Assembly (NCBI GenBank): GCA_000145985.1
Contig: CP002098.1
Span: 803,853 to 867,852, forward strand
DNA length: 64,000 nt
Reading direction: 5' to 3'
Origin: Ignisphaera aggregans DSM 17230
GTDB lineage: Archaea; Thermoproteota; Thermoprotei_A; Sulfolobales; Ignisphaeraceae
This document shows positions 60,450 to 64,000 of the stretch, piece after piece (position 1 is the first letter of the stretch; the number at the start of each line of letters is the position of its first letter). The notes beneath the pieces are model-generated. The model did not search any database and was not told the DNA's origin. It saw only the letters and a program-made list of their open reading frames with translations. The position numbers and the translations under genes were made by a program.

Positions 60450-61658
60450 ATGGGAGGTCTCAAATTAATTCCCATATACACGCACTATGTCACACCGACA
60501 TACAGTAAATATAATTTGCTGGGAATGCTGCACGTAGCAAGTAGGTTCCGGACAGCCATCATCCGCCGTGTTCGGGTGCACGGCTACACCTACACTGTCG
60601 AGCTACTGACCGACAAGAGCGAGCGAGAGCTGGCGCAGGATTTGGCGGAGACCGTACAAAGGGAGCGCAGAGAAATAGTGAGGGCTGAGGGCAAGCGCTA
60701 CAGAGCTATGGATGGGTTTGGCTTCGTCTGCCAATCATCGGGTACCGACCCTTACTTCAATGCTCCGGCTGTCTGCAGGTATATTGAATACCTCACAGGC
60801 AAGGAGACCTCGCTGTCGACTGTAAGCAAGTCCGGGAAGGGTCGAAAATCCACTCAGGCATCAGAAAGCGAAGTCTTCAGCTCGATATTCGCAGAGAGGA
60901 TACATGACAAGCGCAGTAGCACCGGAAAATCACCCTCCCTCATCCTCGCTCCGGAGCTCGGGAAATACGCAACATCGGGAATCCCATACGAGGGCGGTCT
61001 CTACCCCGACGTTGGAGATTCCGGCGGCGCTTCCGCATGCCTGCTTTTCGCTCTGATCGGGTGGGCTTGCTGTAGCTTCAAGTGGGAGATCGCTGAAGAG
61101 AGGAGGAGCCACCACGTCTTCGCATATGTGGCTCCGAAAGACTATCTAGGCCATGCCGAGGCCAAGGCTCTGTACTGGATCGGGAGGAGGCTTGCGTACG
61201 TTACGTCGCTCTTCGTGAGCTACGCAGGTCGGGAGGCCAGCGAAGTGAAGGAGAAGCTCTCAACTCTAGGTATCTTGGCTATGCTTTCACCTGTTATCAG
61301 AGATGTTGCGGAGAGCGCTGATATCCTCTCGAAGCTCGAACTGAACATATACACGCACTCATTTGAGGGCGGTAGGCATAGCATCAGGATCGCTGGAGCC
61401 TTTGGTCTCGATAGGGTTGATGTGAGGTTGCTTCCATCTAGACTCGTAGGGGCTATGCTCGCATATGTCAATCACCTACCAAAGCTGGTCTTCGAGGTTC
61501 CATCGTTTCTGAATACGCTGGGTGAGTACTTGGTTTCTGGCAACGACGTTCTATATATTGAGGCTCTCAGAGAGTTAGCATCAGTTCTAAGCGATAGAGA
61601 GACGTCTGAGGATACTAAATGGATGGCAAGAGTACTCCTGCAGAATGCTGGAAGGTGA
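60450..61658 (+). CDS. cas8a: Candidate large subunit Cas8a (Cas8a2/Csa4-like)
   Basis: 402 aa. The position after cas3'' in the I-A gene order is the main evidence. No diagnostic motif recognised. Confidence 0.4.
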   Translation: MGGLKLIPIYTHYVTPTYSKYNLLGMLHVASRFRTAIIRRVRVHGYTYTVELLTDKSERELAQDLAETVQRERREIVRAEGKRYRAMDGFGFVCQSSGTDPYFNAPAVCRYIEYLTGKETSLSTVSKSGKGRKSTQASESEVFSSIFAERIHDKRSSTGKSPSLILAPELGKYATSGIPYEGGLYPDVGDSGGASACLLFALIGWACCSFKWEIAEERRSHHVFAYVAPKDYLGHAEAKALYWIGRRLAYVTSLFVSYAGREASEVKEKLSTLGILAMLSPVIRDVAESADILSKLELNIYTHSFEGGRHSIRIAGAFGLDRVDVRLLPSRLVGAMLAYVNHLPKLVFEVPSFLNTLGEYLVSGNDVLYIEALRELASVLSDRETSEDTKWMARVLLQNAGR

Positions 61659-61664
61659 GAATTC

Positions 61665-62447
61665 ATGCTATACACAGCTAGAGTTTACTTCACACCGATG
61701 AAACTAATTCCGTTAGCTGTCTGGAGTGGGATGTACCTATACAGAGAGTTACTTAACCTCTTTGAAGCTTATGGAGCTAGATTTGAACATAGGAATAGAA
61801 AACCGTTTTATTTATCGCCTATATTTAGTGATGATGGAAAATTTATTACCTCTGGCATGCTAGAGCCTGATAAAATCTATATGTTTAGGTTTTCAACTAT
61901 AGATTCAATGCTTATAGATATATTTAGAACAGCGTTAGGCAATAATATGAACAATAATCCTATATTTCGAATCGTAAGAATTGAAGAATCCGTATTTAAC
62001 TCTCCTATCTTGGGACAGAGAGATGTTGATGGGAAATATATGGCTAGAATAGAACTTAAATTCGCTCCAACAGTCTTTAAATATAGGGGCTTGGAAATTC
62101 TATACCCCTCTCCTACAAGATTTTTTCTCTCCATTGCAAGAGATTTATACGATATATTCAATGTGAATCTTCGTAAAGATACTATTAATATTATTATGAA
62201 CACGGAAATTGCATCTCAAAAAATTAATATTGTTAAGATATACATTGGCAAATCATCAAATAATGCTGAGAGACATATAAAAACATTTTCGGGTAAAGCC
62301 ACATACGTTGTTTTATTACATGGGGAAAGAGTACCTATATTAAATATTTTTCTAAGACTTGCCGAAATGGTGGGTGTAGGTAAGAACAGATCCATAGGAC
62401 TTGGTCATGTAGATATTCTGAGTATTGATGTGAAGAAACTGAAATGA
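61665..62447 (+). CDS. cas6: Cas6 crRNA endoribonuclease
   Basis: 260 aa with the C-terminal Gly-rich loop GVGKNRSIGLGHV characteristic of Cas6. Composition is AT-rich, unlike the upstream cassette. Confidence 0.7.
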   Translation: MLYTARVYFTPMKLIPLAVWSGMYLYRELLNLFEAYGARFEHRNRKPFYLSPIFSDDGKFITSGMLEPDKIYMFRFSTIDSMLIDIFRTALGNNMNNNPIFRIVRIEESVFNSPILGQRDVDGKYMARIELKFAPTVFKYRGLEILYPSPTRFFLSIARDLYDIFNVNLRKDTINIIMNTEIASQKINIVKIYIGKSSNNAERHIKTFSGKATYVVLLHGERVPILNIFLRLAEMVGVGKNRSIGLGHVDILSIDVKKLK

Positions 62448-62472
62448 ATAATACAAACTAACGATTCGAACT

Positions 62473-63057
62473 TTATACACATATCTTTCTATAGAAGCAG
62501 TGGTTGCATCTTGTTTTCATAGGTGTTTTTGGTGGTGGTTTTTGTTGCTGTATATATTTCTTAAACTCCTCTACAATGTTTATAGTTGTCCGTCTTAGGT
62601 TTGGAGATATGTTTATCTCTATAATCTCTCCCCCTATCTGTGTCACTATAAATGTTCTGTCTATTGGTTTGTGAAATGTTTCTTCTGTTGCTATTGTATA
62701 TGCTGTTAGCTGTATTAGGTGGTGATACGATTTTCTCCATAGCCTTGCTCTAGATGTCTCCAGTTTTATCTCTGCTATACTCACCCTCTTCCCATTATCT
62801 ATAACAATATCTATCTTTCCATATATCCCTAGAGATCTTGATTTTACTGGATACTCCATGTATATATCTCCATCTATTCCATAGCCTCTAACAATCTTCA
62901 GGATATCTATCTTTGAATATCTTGCAAATTTCATTGACTCTGTTGGTGGTTCCCAATACATAAAGTATTTGTAGAATGCTATTCTTGGGCAGTAGACATA
63001 CTCTTTTATCAATACTATGGGTATCTCGATACTAGATAACTCCATAGCTCTGCTCAT
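62473..63057 (-). CDS. cas4: Cas4 (RecB-like nuclease with Fe-S cluster)
   Basis: N-terminal CPR Cys, C-terminal CNHCFYRKIC Cys cluster, RecB-like DxK-type core. 194 aa. In operon with cas2/cas1. Confidence 0.7.
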   Translation of the reverse strand: MSRAMELSSIEIPIVLIKEYVYCPRIAFYKYFMYWEPPTESMKFARYSKIDILKIVRGYGIDGDIYMEYPVKSRSLGIYGKIDIVIDNGKRVSIAEIKLETSRARLWRKSYHHLIQLTAYTIATEETFHKPIDRTFIVTQIGGEIIEINISPNLRRTTINIVEEFKKYIQQQKPPPKTPMKTRCNHCFYRKICV

Positions 63058-63316
63058 TTATCTCAACCCTATTTACACCAATTGTAATTGTCTTCTCAAG
63101 AACTTCCCTCGGTATAACCATGACTAGGACACTATCTGTAGATCTATCTATATATCTCTGTAGAGCTCTTGCAACATCTTTTGCCTTTGAAGATCCTCCT
63201 CTAGCTATATAGAGACTCCTCTGAATTCTTGTAAAGCCCATAGACTTCAGCTTTTCGCATACCTCAAGCCTCTTTCTATCATCTGATATATCATATGCAA
63301 CAACTATGTATGGCAC
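63032..63316 (-). CDS. cas2: Cas2
   Basis: 94 aa. N-terminal YIVVAYDISDDRKRLEV...MGFTRIQRSLY matches the Cas2 fold pattern. Overlaps cas1 and cas4. Confidence 0.7.
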   Translation of the reverse strand: MPYIVVAYDISDDRKRLEVCEKLKSMGFTRIQRSLYIARGGSSKAKDVARALQRYIDRSTDSVLVMVIPREVLEKTITIGVNRVEINEQSYGVI

Positions 63317-64000
63317 TATAGATACACCCTAAACCCTTTATACACAGATCCCTCTCTGAAGAACTTTGCCAAGTCCCATGCCTCTCTCCTTATATGCTCC
63401 TCTAGAGACATAGATCTATCAATCTTGCTACATCTATACTTGGCACTAAGATTGGATAGAACTATCTCTGCTATCCTCTTTCTAGATTCATAGTCAAGCC
63501 TATTACCAACAACATCTATCTTAAGTCTCTTAGACTCTATAACAAGAGGTTTATCGATAGCTATAGGTCTGAACATCTCTACAAAGTCTAGGGTTAGAGA
63601 AGGTCTACCGCTTTTAGCTACATGGAGAACACCTAGATATGGATCTAGACCAGCTAGAACAAGAGCCTTTTCACAGACGCTATATAGAATTCCATAGCCA
63701 TAGTTGAGAGCCATATTGAATGGATCTAGAGAATCTGGGTCACGCCCCCTAAAACCGAGGTTCTCGGGGATGAGAGATGCTATAGCCTGCCAATATTTTC
63801 TAGATGCATGTGCCTCAAAACCCATTATCCTATCTCTATCTAGATCCTTTGCAGAGTAGAGATCTGTTGCAATAGCCTCTACCTCATATCCGAGATCCCT
63901 AAGCCACTCCTCACGACTACTCTTAGCTAGATACTTCAACAGCTGTGCCTGATTCATAATCTTGCTATATATAAGCTCCTTCGCTATCTCAATACCAAGA
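63316..64000 (-). CDS. cas1: Cas1 integrase, N-terminally truncated by the window end (frame open to nt 64000)
   Basis: Cas1 C-terminal catalytic region pattern. The reading frame continues without a stop upstream of the annotated Met to the window edge. Confidence 0.75.
   Translation of the reverse strand, partial: LGIEIAKELIYSKIMNQAQLLKYLAKSSREEWLRDLGYEVEAIATDLYSAKDLDRDRIMGFEAHASRKYWQAIASLIPENLGFRGRDPDSLDPFNMALNYGYGILYSVCEKALVLAGLDPYLGVLHVAKSGRPSLTLDFVEMFRPIAIDKPLVIESKRLKIDVVGNRLDYESRKRIAEIVLSNLSAKYRCSKIDRSMSLEEHIRREAWDLAKFFREGSVYKGFRVYL

Noticed and set aside
56093-61675. Numerous 60-120 aa ORFs on the minus strand opposite cas7, cas5, cas3', cas3'' and cas8a (for example 56093-56434, 57816-58070, 58957-59328, 61220-61471)
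   Set aside because: These are typical spurious antisense ORFs of GC-rich coding DNA, with Arg/Ser/Pro-rich low-complexity translations. Each is fully embedded in a much longer, motif-bearing plus-strand cas gene.

Overview
This 64 kb window is an AT-rich (about 35-40% GC by eye) archaeal chromosome segment. The Ile/Lys-rich proteins and the gene content suggest a hyperthermophilic, saccharolytic crenarchaeon; I cannot name the organism. Genes are densely packed on both strands.

From start to end the window holds:
- an ABC-2 exporter pair;
- a radical-SAM gene;
- a MoxR AAA+ / DUF4129-like / DUF58 membrane module;
- a divergent sugar ABC transporter (ATPase, permease, binding protein);
- a cation antiporter-like gene;
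- an Fe/cobalamin-type ABC importer with an FmdE-domain gene;
- a membrane-anchored GH12 endoglucanase;
- a class-II tRNA-Leu(UAG);
- TatD, an AmmeMemoRadiSam-type radical SAM, and a TupABC-like tungstate transporter;
- an SPFH/zinc-ribbon four-gene cluster;
- a stand-alone NurA-HerA pair preceded by an RHH/integrase-N-domain-like gene;
- GH35, adenine deaminase, IMPDH, GH1 and GH3 glycosidases, and a flavodiiron protein.

The last 12 kb is a type I-A CRISPR-Cas locus. It has a 23-repeat array (25-nt repeat CTTTCTACTCCCTTTTGGGAGTTTC, 22 spacers of 42-55 nt). It also has csa3, an interference cassette (csa5-cas7-cas5-cas3'-cas3''-cas8a), then cas6 and cas4-cas2-cas1 (cas1 is cut by the window end).

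The most notable observation is that the interference cassette (about 55200-61660) is sharply GC-rich (about 55%) with Ala/Arg-rich proteins. The flanking csa3, array, cas6 and adaptation genes have host-like AT-rich composition. This points to a recently swapped effector module of foreign origin.

Other points worth follow-up are the stand-alone NurA-HerA module, the SPFH/Zn-ribbon cluster, and two paralogous heptad-repeat membrane proteins about 26 kb apart.

All calls rest on motif recognition and gene context read from the sequence. No database searches were run.
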